Notes: generated from the sequence alone by a model not told the origin. A stretch of 39,586 bases of DNA from a virus (IMGVR_UViG_3300032243_000160:1-39586); one strand, 5' to 3'; counted from the stretch's first letter, positions 10,470 through 17,700 are shown. A program made the numbers and translations.

Positions 10470-11327
10470 CTTTTAGACAGACTTTACCCGCCATATAGAC
10501 AGACATCTGTACTACAGTTTGTCACAGTACGAAGAAGACTCTAAAAAGGCTTCTGAGTATATTTTACTGTACATATATACTTAATCCGTTCAAAGTACCT
10601 AAACGAACTATTCTGTGGTAAAAATTTTATTACTTAATAGAAACATATAAGTATCTACCCCCTAGTCACTATACTGACAGAAATATGTAGGTAGAGATAC
10701 AATAGATATTACTAACAGTTATTAACATATAGGGGGTCAAACTGTCTGTTCAGACAGATAGACTGTCCCTACATGTATAGTGTGACCTGTCTGTCACAAT
10801 ACAGTCTGCCCAGCCTTCGGCTAGGGGGCACTGTATATTCCTGTTACTAAATAAATATATTTCTACCTGACGGTAGGGCTGCGCCGCTCTATTGCATTGC
10901 ATGCAAACCCGCAGTCTGCCGACAAATGCTTTACTGATTTCTCTGTCTGTCAGTCCAGCCTTCGTCATGGACTCAGGCTAATCAGGACTGCGCCAGAGAC
11001 GGTGTGTTCGCTCCAAGCGTTACGGTGCACAGCCCCTCCACGCAATACGCTCACCTCACACCACACACAGTCGGACGCACGCCACGGCTCTCACTGGCTA
11101 TCGCCAGTTTCTGTTCGAGCCTACACTCACAGCCTACCTCGCTCTGGCTCGGCTTAACGGCTGCTCGCAAGCGTGCTGAACCTTACACCGCGCTGTCAAA
11201 TCGGCATCAGCCGATTGTCGCCCTTACGTCTGGCTTTTCGCCAGACAGGGCAAGAGTGACAGCGGGATGTCGCGGTATCCCGACAGTATGTGCTGTTGAA
11301 CTACTTAAAAACAAGGAGAGTAAAACA
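10470..11327. promoter_or_regulatory. Major non-coding region between divergent arms (promoters; probable packaging site/origin/physical ends)
   Basis: No credible ORF. AT-rich tract at about 10560-10730, repeated GACAGAC/CTGTCTGT motifs, then a GC-rich hairpin cluster. Confidence 0.7.
10799..11285. other. Cluster of nested inverted repeats (structured ssDNA or ncRNA candidate)
   Basis: Stems at 10799-10836, 10863-10876, 10892-10906, 10940-10999, 11086-11121 and a three-way junction at 11191-11264. Confidence 0.6.
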
Positions 11328-11780
11328 ATGTACGATTATACACAAGATAACCTATCAATCGCTACCTCTTGCGCTACTTGCCTCGCCCTCGACACTACGT
11401 GTGACGAGTGCTTGGAAGTCAGCGAAGCAAGAGTGTCTAACCTAGCGCATGAGTTAGTAGATGAAGGCTCAATGCAATACCCTCGGCTCTGGGTCATAAA
11501 CCGACCAGAGCCTTCAGGTCATGATTGGACAGAATCAGAGACCGTGAGTTACATACAACGTGATAAGCAAGGCAATATCACAGGCATTAAATACCGTCAT
11601 GAGTACACAGACCCAACGGTATTTATTACAGACGGTGGGGAACTTGACAACCTATGGGAGTTAGATGACGAGACACAGTTGGCACGTGAAACAGAGTGCC
11701 AATGGTGCCATATACTCACTCCCAAGTTATATAATGATTGTCAATCATGTGACCTACCACTAGAAAGTAATGTAAGATAA
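11328..11780 (+). CDS. Early hypothetical protein with Cys-pair (Zn-binding) motifs
   Basis: RBS ACAAGGAGAG then ATG 11328. CATC, CDEC, CQWC and CQSC motifs. Confidence 0.8.
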   Translation: MYDYTQDNLSIATSCATCLALDTTCDECLEVSEARVSNLAHELVDEGSMQYPRLWVINRPEPSGHDWTESETVSYIQRDKQGNITGIKYRHEYTDPTVFITDGGELDNLWELDDETQLARETECQWCHILTPKLYNDCQSCDLPLESNVR

Positions 11781-11793
11781 CAGTATAAGTTAC

Positions 11794-11825
11794 AGGTAGC
11801 CCTGTTGCCTACGGCAGGGCTACCT
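11794..11825. promoter_or_regulatory. Strong intergenic hairpin without U-tract
   Basis: AGGTAGCCCT-gtt-GCC-tac-GGC-AGGGCTACCT. Confidence 0.6.
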
Positions 11826-11850
11826 TCCACTAAATAGAAAAGAGAGAGTA

Positions 11851-12204
11851 ATGAACCTAGTAAATGAAGTAACTATCACAGGAACACTTAAGAACATCAA
11901 GACATATAGTGGTTCAAAAGGAACCCTAGTGACTGGTTGGTTAAGTCAACGTGATACATCCCGTCTTTCAGACGGAACAGCAGACCGTCCTGTATTCGTA
12001 GCAGGAATCAACATCGTTGGGTTAGACGGAGACGTAGTAACTGACCTAACAAACTTAGATACAGCACGTCAGGGTAGCGAGGAGACAATGCTCGTAACTC
12101 TGAAAGGTCGTTTAGTTACACGCTTTGACCGCCGTTCTAACGTGGCTGAGGCTGACCGTAACAAGCCATCTATTCAGTTGGAAGTATTCGAAGTACATAA
12201 CTAA
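11851..12204 (+). CDS. Single-stranded DNA-binding protein-like (OB fold, no acidic tail)
   Basis: N-terminal NEVTITGTL, later VTLKGRLVT and C-terminal IQLEV strands resemble SSB/PriB. Confidence 0.6.
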   Translation: MNLVNEVTITGTLKNIKTYSGSKGTLVTGWLSQRDTSRLSDGTADRPVFVAGINIVGLDGDVVTDLTNLDTARQGSEETMLVTLKGRLVTRFDRRSNVAEADRNKPSIQLEVFEVHN

Positions 12205-12209
12205 AACAG

Positions 12210-12249
12210 TAGGGAGGTGGGGGGAAACCCTCATCTCCCTATTTTTTTT
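12210..12249 (+). terminator. Rho-independent terminator
   Basis: TAGGGAGGTGGGGG-GAAA-CCCTCATCTCCCTA followed by an 8-T run. Confidence 0.9.
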
Positions 12250-12320
12250 ATGTTAGGATATATCGTAACCTCTACGGAAAACTGCAAGTCCATCTACAAA
12301 TACAAAAGGGAGAAGCAATC

Positions 12321-12500
12321 ATGTACATATCAATCATAGATATAGCAATAGCAACTCTGGCTCTCGCAGTCAGTACAATTCTAGTTCTAATCACAGCGTA
12401 TGCTAATCGCGGATTGCTGCACGAAAACAGAATGATTCGTCAGCGTCTACGTATGAAGACAGACCACTGCAATAACTACCATAGTCCACGTCCATTCTAA
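12321..12500 (+). CDS. Small membrane protein (59 aa; not in ORF track)
   Basis: RBS AAGGGAGA. MYISIIDIAIATLALAVSTILVLITAYAN... has one hydrophobic segment and a basic tail. Confidence 0.75.
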   Translation: MYISIIDIAIATLALAVSTILVLITAYANRGLLHENRMIRQRLRMKTDHCNNYHSPRPF

Positions 12501-12512
12501 GGAGAGAATGTT

Positions 12513-12707
12513 ATGTCTAAGTATAATGTTATAGTTCCATTAGTAGGGCAAGACGGCAACGCCTTTGCCATAATGGGACGAGTAAGTTCTGCATTAAAAG
12601 ATGCAGGTGCTAACGAAGATGAAGTCAATCAATACATGAGAGAGTCTATGTCAGGAGACTACGATAACCTACTGCGGGTAGCCGCAGCATGGGTAGAAGT
12701 GGAGTAA
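12513..12707 (+). CDS. Conserved small phage protein (G-x-DGNAF-x-IMG...SGDYDNLL type)
   Basis: Recognisable motif of a widespread uncharacterised phage family. RBS AAGGAGAG. Confidence 0.8.
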   Translation: MSKYNVIVPLVGQDGNAFAIMGRVSSALKDAGANEDEVNQYMRESMSGDYDNLLRVAAAWVEVE

Positions 12708-12710
12708 GCA

Positions 12711-12974
12711 ATGACCGCACCAAGCATAATGTGTGACGTTCTATTTATGGCTGACCATTTTATTATGGTCACCACTATTGAAACAGTCTATAGTCCAGAC
12801 ACACGGGACGTAGAGAAAGCAGCATGGGATAGATTAAGTGCAGAGTATGGCATTGATTGGGTAGGTATGACCAAGCAATTCATCAAGCAAGTATCTATCG
12901 AAGTAGTAACAGACAAGCCTGAACCTACAGTTAATGATATAAACAAATCAATTGAAGAGGATAAAGGAGAGTAA
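12711..12974 (+). CDS. Hypothetical protein
   Basis: RBS GGAG, operon packing. Confidence 0.75.
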   Translation: MTAPSIMCDVLFMADHFIMVTTIETVYSPDTRDVEKAAWDRLSAEYGIDWVGMTKQFIKQVSIEVVTDKPEPTVNDINKSIEEDKGE

Positions 12975-12975
12975 C

Positions 12976-13332
12976 ATGGGACTAGACATGTGGTTGTATG
13001 AGAAACAAGTACATGAAGTAGCATACTGGCGCAAGGCTAACGCTATTCATAGTTGGATTATCAATCATGTTAATGCAGTAGATGATTGCACACCAATAGA
13101 ACTACGCAAGGAAGACTTGATTAAACTAAGAGATACTTGTGTTGCTGTATTAGAAGTTAAAACAGCAGACTTTGCACAAGAAATGCTACCACCAGCATCA
13201 GGATTCTTCTTTGGTAGCACTGAAATAGATGAATGGTATTGGAAAGATGTAGAAGAAACAGTTACTACATTAAGTAAGATTATAGATGAGTCTGTTGAAG
13301 ATGCATTTTTTGAGTATCAGGCTAGTTGGTAA
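12976..13332 (+). CDS. Conserved phage hypothetical protein (MGLDM...YWRKANAIH...GFFFG type)
   Basis: Motifs of a common phage family. RBS AAGGAGAG before ATG 12976. Confidence 0.85.
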   Translation: MGLDMWLYEKQVHEVAYWRKANAIHSWIINHVNAVDDCTPIELRKEDLIKLRDTCVAVLEVKTADFAQEMLPPASGFFFGSTEIDEWYWKDVEETVTTLSKIIDESVEDAFFEYQASW

Positions 13333-13335
13333 GCC

Positions 13336-13440
13336 ATGAGTAGACCAATAGGTAGCGCATGTTGTAATAATGATGTAGATTTTTACAAAGATAAATACAT
13401 TTGTTGTGAATGCAAAAGAGAATGCGAGACAATAGAATGA
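13336..13440 (+). CDS. Cys-rich microprotein (34 aa; not in ORF track)
   Basis: MSRPIGSACCNNDVDFYKDKYICCECKRECETIE. ATGA overlap with the next ORF. Confidence 0.6.
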   Translation: MSRPIGSACCNNDVDFYKDKYICCECKRECETIE

Positions 13441-13568
13441 GTGAACCAAGATTAGAAGATGACGTAGCGTTCTTTGATTCATGTGACCAGTGTGGTAACT
13501 TCATCCATACATGTGAGTGCGAATCGGAAGACCCTGATAGATTGCATGATGAACTTAACGAAGGATAA
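13437..13568 (+). CDS. Acidic Zn-binding microprotein (43 aa; not in ORF track)
   Basis: MSEPRLEDDVAFFDSCDQCGNFIHTCECESEDPDRLHDELNEG. Translationally coupled. Confidence 0.65.
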   Translation: MSEPRLEDDVAFFDSCDQCGNFIHTCECESEDPDRLHDELNEG

Positions 13569-13577
13569 GGAGCAGCA

Positions 13578-14006
13578 ATGCGTCAACCAGTTAAGAAAGT
13601 TATATCAGTATCTGTTAGTATAATACTTACAGTTACTACCTTAATCAACATACCAATCAAAGCAATAACACACCATAAGTATATACCTAAATGTGTGGGT
13701 GAACCACCTATTCAGTGGACACCTGACCTCATTAAAGTATATGCACGTGGGCTAATGACAATGGATTATCCACAATGGAATCATAATGAATGGATAGCAT
13801 TAGACAATCTCTGGACACAAGAGAGTCATTGGAATCACAAGGCTACCAATAAAAAGTCAACTGCTTACGGAGTAGCGCAAGTTCTTAACACAAAAGTTGG
13901 GACTCCAGCCCCGCAACAAGTTGCGCGGGGGCTGTCGTATATCAAACATAGATACGGCAAGCCATCAATTGCATGGGCACATGCACAAAGACATGGATGG
14001 TACTAA
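13578..14006 (+). CDS. Lytic transglycosylase (SLT/lysozyme-like) with N-terminal signal/anchor
   Basis: LWTQESHWN (catalytic Glu-Ser), STAYGVAQ, GLSYIKHRYG...GWY. Hydrophobic N-terminus. Confidence 0.85.
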   Translation: MRQPVKKVISVSVSIILTVTTLINIPIKAITHHKYIPKCVGEPPIQWTPDLIKVYARGLMTMDYPQWNHNEWIALDNLWTQESHWNHKATNKKSTAYGVAQVLNTKVGTPAPQQVARGLSYIKHRYGKPSIAWAHAQRHGWY

Positions 14007-14161
14007 TGAAGACATACTATAAAGTTACTTGCGACATACAAGTTGAAGCAAGTGATGATGACACTGCTATCTGGCTGTTACAAGATGCATGCCAGTTATA
14101 TCCAGGCTTGAAGTTCGAGCGTTGGATGTTCGTAGAAAAGGATGAGAGAGAATATGACTAA
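14006..14161 (+). CDS. Small hypothetical protein
   Basis: TAATG coupling at 14006. Confidence 0.65.
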   Translation: MKTYYKVTCDIQVEASDDDTAIWLLQDACQLYPGLKFERWMFVEKDEREYD

Positions 14162-14570
14162 AGCACTAACAGTTAAAGTTCCAACCGCTAAAGTAATCAA
14201 AGCATTAGATAATAAATTGATTGCATTAACAAAAGAAAAAGAATCAATACCTACATTAGAAGCAAAGTATAATGTAGTGCATGAAAAATGGTTAAATGAT
14301 GTTAAAAAAATAGCATTGGCTAACCTATCTAAAGGTATTAACATGAGAGTTAATGTAATATCATGGAAAGATGTAGTAAATATTGACTACGATATACCAA
14401 CAGATAAGATTAAAATACCTGAAGAACCAACTAAAGATTGGGTTCACATGGCTGACTGGGAATACAAAAATGCAATAGAAGAAATTACTAATGCACTTAA
14501 CATTCTACGCATGACAGATGAGCCATTAGTTAATACTTCTACTATGAAATCCATAGCCAAGTATCTATAA
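14154..14570 (+). CDS. Hypothetical protein
   Basis: GAGAGAG RBS-like tract, ATG 14154. Confidence 0.8.
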   Translation: MTKALTVKVPTAKVIKALDNKLIALTKEKESIPTLEAKYNVVHEKWLNDVKKIALANLSKGINMRVNVISWKDVVNIDYDIPTDKIKIPEEPTKDWVHMADWEYKNAIEEITNALNILRMTDEPLVNTSTMKSIAKYL

Positions 14571-14848
14571 TGGAACACGCATTACAACATAAATGTTCTT
14601 GCTTACCATGTAAGCAAGATAGAGTAAGACAATGGGTTGGTAAGTTACTTAATGCTGGTATTCCTGCTGATAATATCATGATGGAAATTAATCAGTATGG
14701 TGGTAAAGTAATTATCTATTCAGGTAATGAAGATAAAAGTTGCCATTATTTGCACAAAGAAAAATGGTGTTATCAGTTTAATGATAAGTCATTTGATTGG
14801 GCAATGACATGGTGGCATGCACATGCAAGACAAATACAATATGCATAA
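14570..14848 (+). CDS. Hypothetical protein (Cys/His/Trp-rich)
   Basis: TAATG coupling. Confidence 0.7.
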   Translation: MEHALQHKCSCLPCKQDRVRQWVGKLLNAGIPADNIMMEINQYGGKVIIYSGNEDKSCHYLHKEKWCYQFNDKSFDWAMTWWHAHARQIQYA

Positions 14849-14857
14849 AGGAGAGCA

Positions 14858-15856
14858 ATGACAACAGCACTAGTAGACAACAGACGCAACGCTTGGAAGC
14901 GTGGCGGTACAGCAGTTGAAGGTACATCTGCACGTGAGGTAGCGCAACAGGCTGGACTTGACTGGGAAGTTAAGACAGTACCATTGCAAGGCTATGTTGA
15001 AAGTTCAGTTAACAACTATGAATCTGTTACTGATTACTATGAAGTACCTAACAAGCAAGGCGTACTTAAGTTAGACAAAGACCACAACAACTCCATCATT
15101 GGTGTAGTTGGTAGCAAGTATAAGATTGTCCAGAACATGGAAGTCTTTGGTGCATTAGACTCTCTGATTGAATCAGGTGAGGCACGCTACAGTGCAGCAG
15201 GTGAGTACAATGGTGGTGCTAATGTATGGATGCTTATGGAATTACCTACTGGTATAACAGTAACAGATGACCCACATGCAGCATACCTATTAGCCAAGAC
15301 ATCACATGATGGTTCATGTTCAGTCATCATACGACCTATCATTGAGCGTATCTTTTGTGCTAATCAAATAGGTAAACTTATACATGGCAAGATAAAAAAG
15401 CCACTCATGTATAAGATGAAACACACAACCAACTCTGAGTTATCAGTGTCGGACATACGTAACATCACAACCATTACTTATCAGGCTATTGAAGAGTATG
15501 AATTGATGGCTGACCAATTGCTTAAGCGTGAAGTAGATAAGCAACAAGTAATGAGTATCTTTAAGAAAGTATGGGCATTGCCACCTGAAGTAGAAGGTGT
15601 ATCATATGACCTGCTATCTAAAGGACAGCGCAAACAATTAACTATGGCAGTAGATGCACGTGCAAAAGCATGGGACATCTATAGTCAATCACCTACACAA
15701 GAGAACATCAGAGGCACAGCCTTTGGTGTATGGCAATCAGTCATTGAGTATGCTGATTACTATGCAGCAGGTGGAGATGACAAGCGTGCATTGGCTACCA
15801 TTAGTGGTAGTAATGACCGCATTAAGAACAAAGCACTGTCTATTCTGACAGTATAA
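14858..15856 (+). CDS. DUF932 family protein (phage/plasmid TIGR03299-like)
   Basis: AGLDWEV, GVVGSKYKIVQN, TSHDGS, RIFCANQ, KHT and GTAFGVWQSVIEYAD motifs. Confidence 0.88.
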   Translation: MTTALVDNRRNAWKRGGTAVEGTSAREVAQQAGLDWEVKTVPLQGYVESSVNNYESVTDYYEVPNKQGVLKLDKDHNNSIIGVVGSKYKIVQNMEVFGALDSLIESGEARYSAAGEYNGGANVWMLMELPTGITVTDDPHAAYLLAKTSHDGSCSVIIRPIIERIFCANQIGKLIHGKIKKPLMYKMKHTTNSELSVSDIRNITTITYQAIEEYELMADQLLKREVDKQQVMSIFKKVWALPPEVEGVSYDLLSKGQRKQLTMAVDARAKAWDIYSQSPTQENIRGTAFGVWQSVIEYADYYAAGGDDKRALATISGSNDRIKNKALSILTV

Positions 15857-15859
15857 ATT

Positions 15860-15993
15860 TAGCATAGTGAACCAGCGTAAGGGCAACCGAGATGCAGGTA
15901 GTTTATGCTATACGCACATCTTATATAGTTATATCCTTAAACTATACAAGGGACGTTTCACTGGGTTGCTCCGCCAGTGGCGAACACGGAGTA
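15860..15993 (+). ncRNA. Candidate structured intergenic RNA (two hairpins plus H-type pseudoknot)
   Basis: Stem 15860-15910 capped by a GCAA tetraloop. Hairpin 15920-15950. Pseudoknot CACTGG/CCAGTG plus TGCTCCG/CGGAGTA. Confidence 0.5.
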
Positions 15994-16016
15994 CACACAA
16001 ACAACGAGAGGGAAAC

Positions 16017-16454
16017 ATGAACACAATCACAATCAACACAAGTAACGAAGATGGTACTGTACAATCAGCAATTACATACACTGAAGTAGAAGTTCTACAT
16101 TTCAGAAAGAGAGCACAGGAAATAGATGCTATCCAACAAGTCAACGACAATCAGCGCAAAGAAATCCGTGACTTACGTAATGCTGTCCGTGATTTCTTTA
16201 GTGAAGGTGAATGGGATAATGGTGAACAGACAGTCAACAAGCCTGAAGTCAATGACTTACTCGAACGTATCGGCAGCAACAAACTTACAACCAAGTACAG
16301 AGGAACCTTTACTATCACAGGTTCATTCAATGTTGAAGTAGAAGATGAAGATGAGATTCAAAGTATCATTGAAGATAATACTGACGTGTCAAACTATTCT
16401 GCTGACATGGAAGTAGAAGGTATTGAAACCTTTGACATTGAAGAAGATAACTAA
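16017..16454 (+). CDS. Acidic hypothetical protein with coiled coil
   Basis: RBS GAGAGGG before ATG 16017. The upstream in-frame extension is not protein-like. Confidence 0.8.
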   Translation: MNTITINTSNEDGTVQSAITYTEVEVLHFRKRAQEIDAIQQVNDNQRKEIRDLRNAVRDFFSEGEWDNGEQTVNKPEVNDLLERIGSNKLTTKYRGTFTITGSFNVEVEDEDEIQSIIEDNTDVSNYSADMEVEGIETFDIEEDN

Positions 16455-16825
16455 TGTCATCAGCCTACGTACCATACAACGGCACGGCTGGCTGGTCAGG
16501 TACTGACACCAGTAAAGAACGTGCTCTATTTAATCTACGTACAGGTAAGGAATATAATAAGCAACAAAAAGCGTTAGCACTATTAAAAGATAATGCTAAT
16601 GGTCTTACTTGGAAAGAGTTTGCTGAACAGACAGACGTACATCACGGCACTGCAAGTGGCGTGCTATCAGTATTGCACAAGACAGGTGCAATCATACGTA
16701 GTACACGTGTGCGTAATGGATGCAAAGTTTATTACGGCATACAATACATAGATGAGATTGGTAATGAATCATATAGAAAGAAAGAAAAACTTTGTCCGCA
16801 CTGCGGCAATGACATCAACGCATAG
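16454..16825 (+). CDS. Winged-HTH DNA-binding protein with C-terminal CPHCG
   Basis: GLTWKEFAEQTDVHHGTASGVLSVLHKTG helix-turn-helix pattern. Confidence 0.65.
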   Translation: MSSAYVPYNGTAGWSGTDTSKERALFNLRTGKEYNKQQKALALLKDNANGLTWKEFAEQTDVHHGTASGVLSVLHKTGAIIRSTRVRNGCKVYYGIQYIDEIGNESYRKKEKLCPHCGNDINA

Positions 16826-16836
16826 TCCGTCAACTA

Positions 16837-16845
16837 TGCTATGAT
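16837..16845 (+). promoter_or_regulatory. Extended -10 promoter (TGn-TATGAT) for the replication operon
   Basis: TGCTATGAT in the intergenic gap, 6 nt upstream of a long hairpin. Confidence 0.6.
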
Positions 16846-16851
16846 GGGACA

Positions 16852-16902
16852 ACTAGATGGGCGGTAGGTTTTGGCTCTCTCCTTGTCCTACCCCCGTCTA
16901 GT
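16852..16902 (+). ncRNA. Candidate sRNA / 5'-leader hairpin with anti-Shine-Dalgarno loop
   Basis: 16-bp stem (one bulge, one G-U) enclosing the loop TTTTGGCTCTCTCCTTGT. Confidence 0.55.
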
Positions 16903-16920
16903 ATCTAACAAAGGAGAAGC

Positions 16921-17700
16921 ATGTCGGAACTAGAAATACCAAGAGACAGATACGGGAGACCAATGGTTGTGCCACCTAAAGGTGGTAAGCCAGTACCATA
17001 CACACGTACTACTACAGTTGCAGGTTCATTAGATGATGGCACTGCATTAGTAGCATGGAAATTACGTATGGCAGCAGCAGGTTTAACCTTACGTCCTGAC
17101 TTACTGTTGGCTGCATCAGCAAACAGAGATAACAAGTTAGAGATGGACAAGTTAGTTGAAGATGCAATGGAAGCAGCAGGTGCAACCAAGCAAGCAACTA
17201 TAGGTACAGCCATACATACACTGACAGAAAAGTATGACAGAGGTGAAGACCTCGGTGTCATACCAGATGATTATGTTGCAGACATACAAGCATACGCAGA
17301 TGCAACTAAAAACTTTGAGAACATAAACATAGAACAGTTTTGCGTACTAGACAAGTATAAAATAGCAGGCACGCCTGACCGTATCGTAAGATACAAAGGC
17401 GAGTTATTTATCTCTGACTTAAAAACTGGTAGTATTTCCTACCCAAATAAAATTGCTATGCAGTTAGCAGTGTACGCGCACGGCTTGCCGTACGACCCTG
17501 CTACGGCAACCCGTTCGACTTGGGGAGATGTTAACCAAGACAAAGGAATCATTGTCCACTTACCAGCAGGTGGTGGCAAATGTGAACTACACTTTGTTGA
17601 CATCAAACAAGGTTGGAAAGGTATAGAACTAGCAATGAAAGTACGTAACTTCAGAGATACAAAGAAGTCACTAGTCACACCAATTAAGGAGAACATATGA
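16921..17700 (+). CDS. PD-(D/E)XK exonuclease (RecB/Cas4-like phage nuclease)
   Basis: GTAIH, IEQF, AGTPDRI, DLKTG and QLAVYA motifs. Confidence 0.88.
   Translation: MSELEIPRDRYGRPMVVPPKGGKPVPYTRTTTVAGSLDDGTALVAWKLRMAAAGLTLRPDLLLAASANRDNKLEMDKLVEDAMEAAGATKQATIGTAIHTLTEKYDRGEDLGVIPDDYVADIQAYADATKNFENINIEQFCVLDKYKIAGTPDRIVRYKGELFISDLKTGSISYPNKIAMQLAVYAHGLPYDPATATRSTWGDVNQDKGIIVHLPAGGGKCELHFVDIKQGWKGIELAMKVRNFRDTKKSLVTPIKENI

Noticed and set aside
11004-11327. N-terminal 108-aa extension of the 11004..11780 ORF, and ORFs 10750..10968 and 10897..11157
   Set aside because: Non-protein-like translation of the GC-rich hairpin region. A strong RBS sits before ATG 11328.
10470-11327. tRNA, hammerhead or other known ribozyme in the non-coding regions
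   Set aside because: No cloverleaf with T-loop GTTCRA and no CTGANGA/GAAA hammerhead core found by eye.
15867-16016. Upstream extension of ORF 15867..16454
   Set aside because: No RBS, and it overlaps structured elements. The RBS and ATG at 16017 are better.
16921-17700. Cas4 / CRISPR system
   Set aside because: No repeat-spacer array or other cas genes, and no Fe-S cysteine set. It is an ordinary phage PD-(D/E)XK exonuclease.
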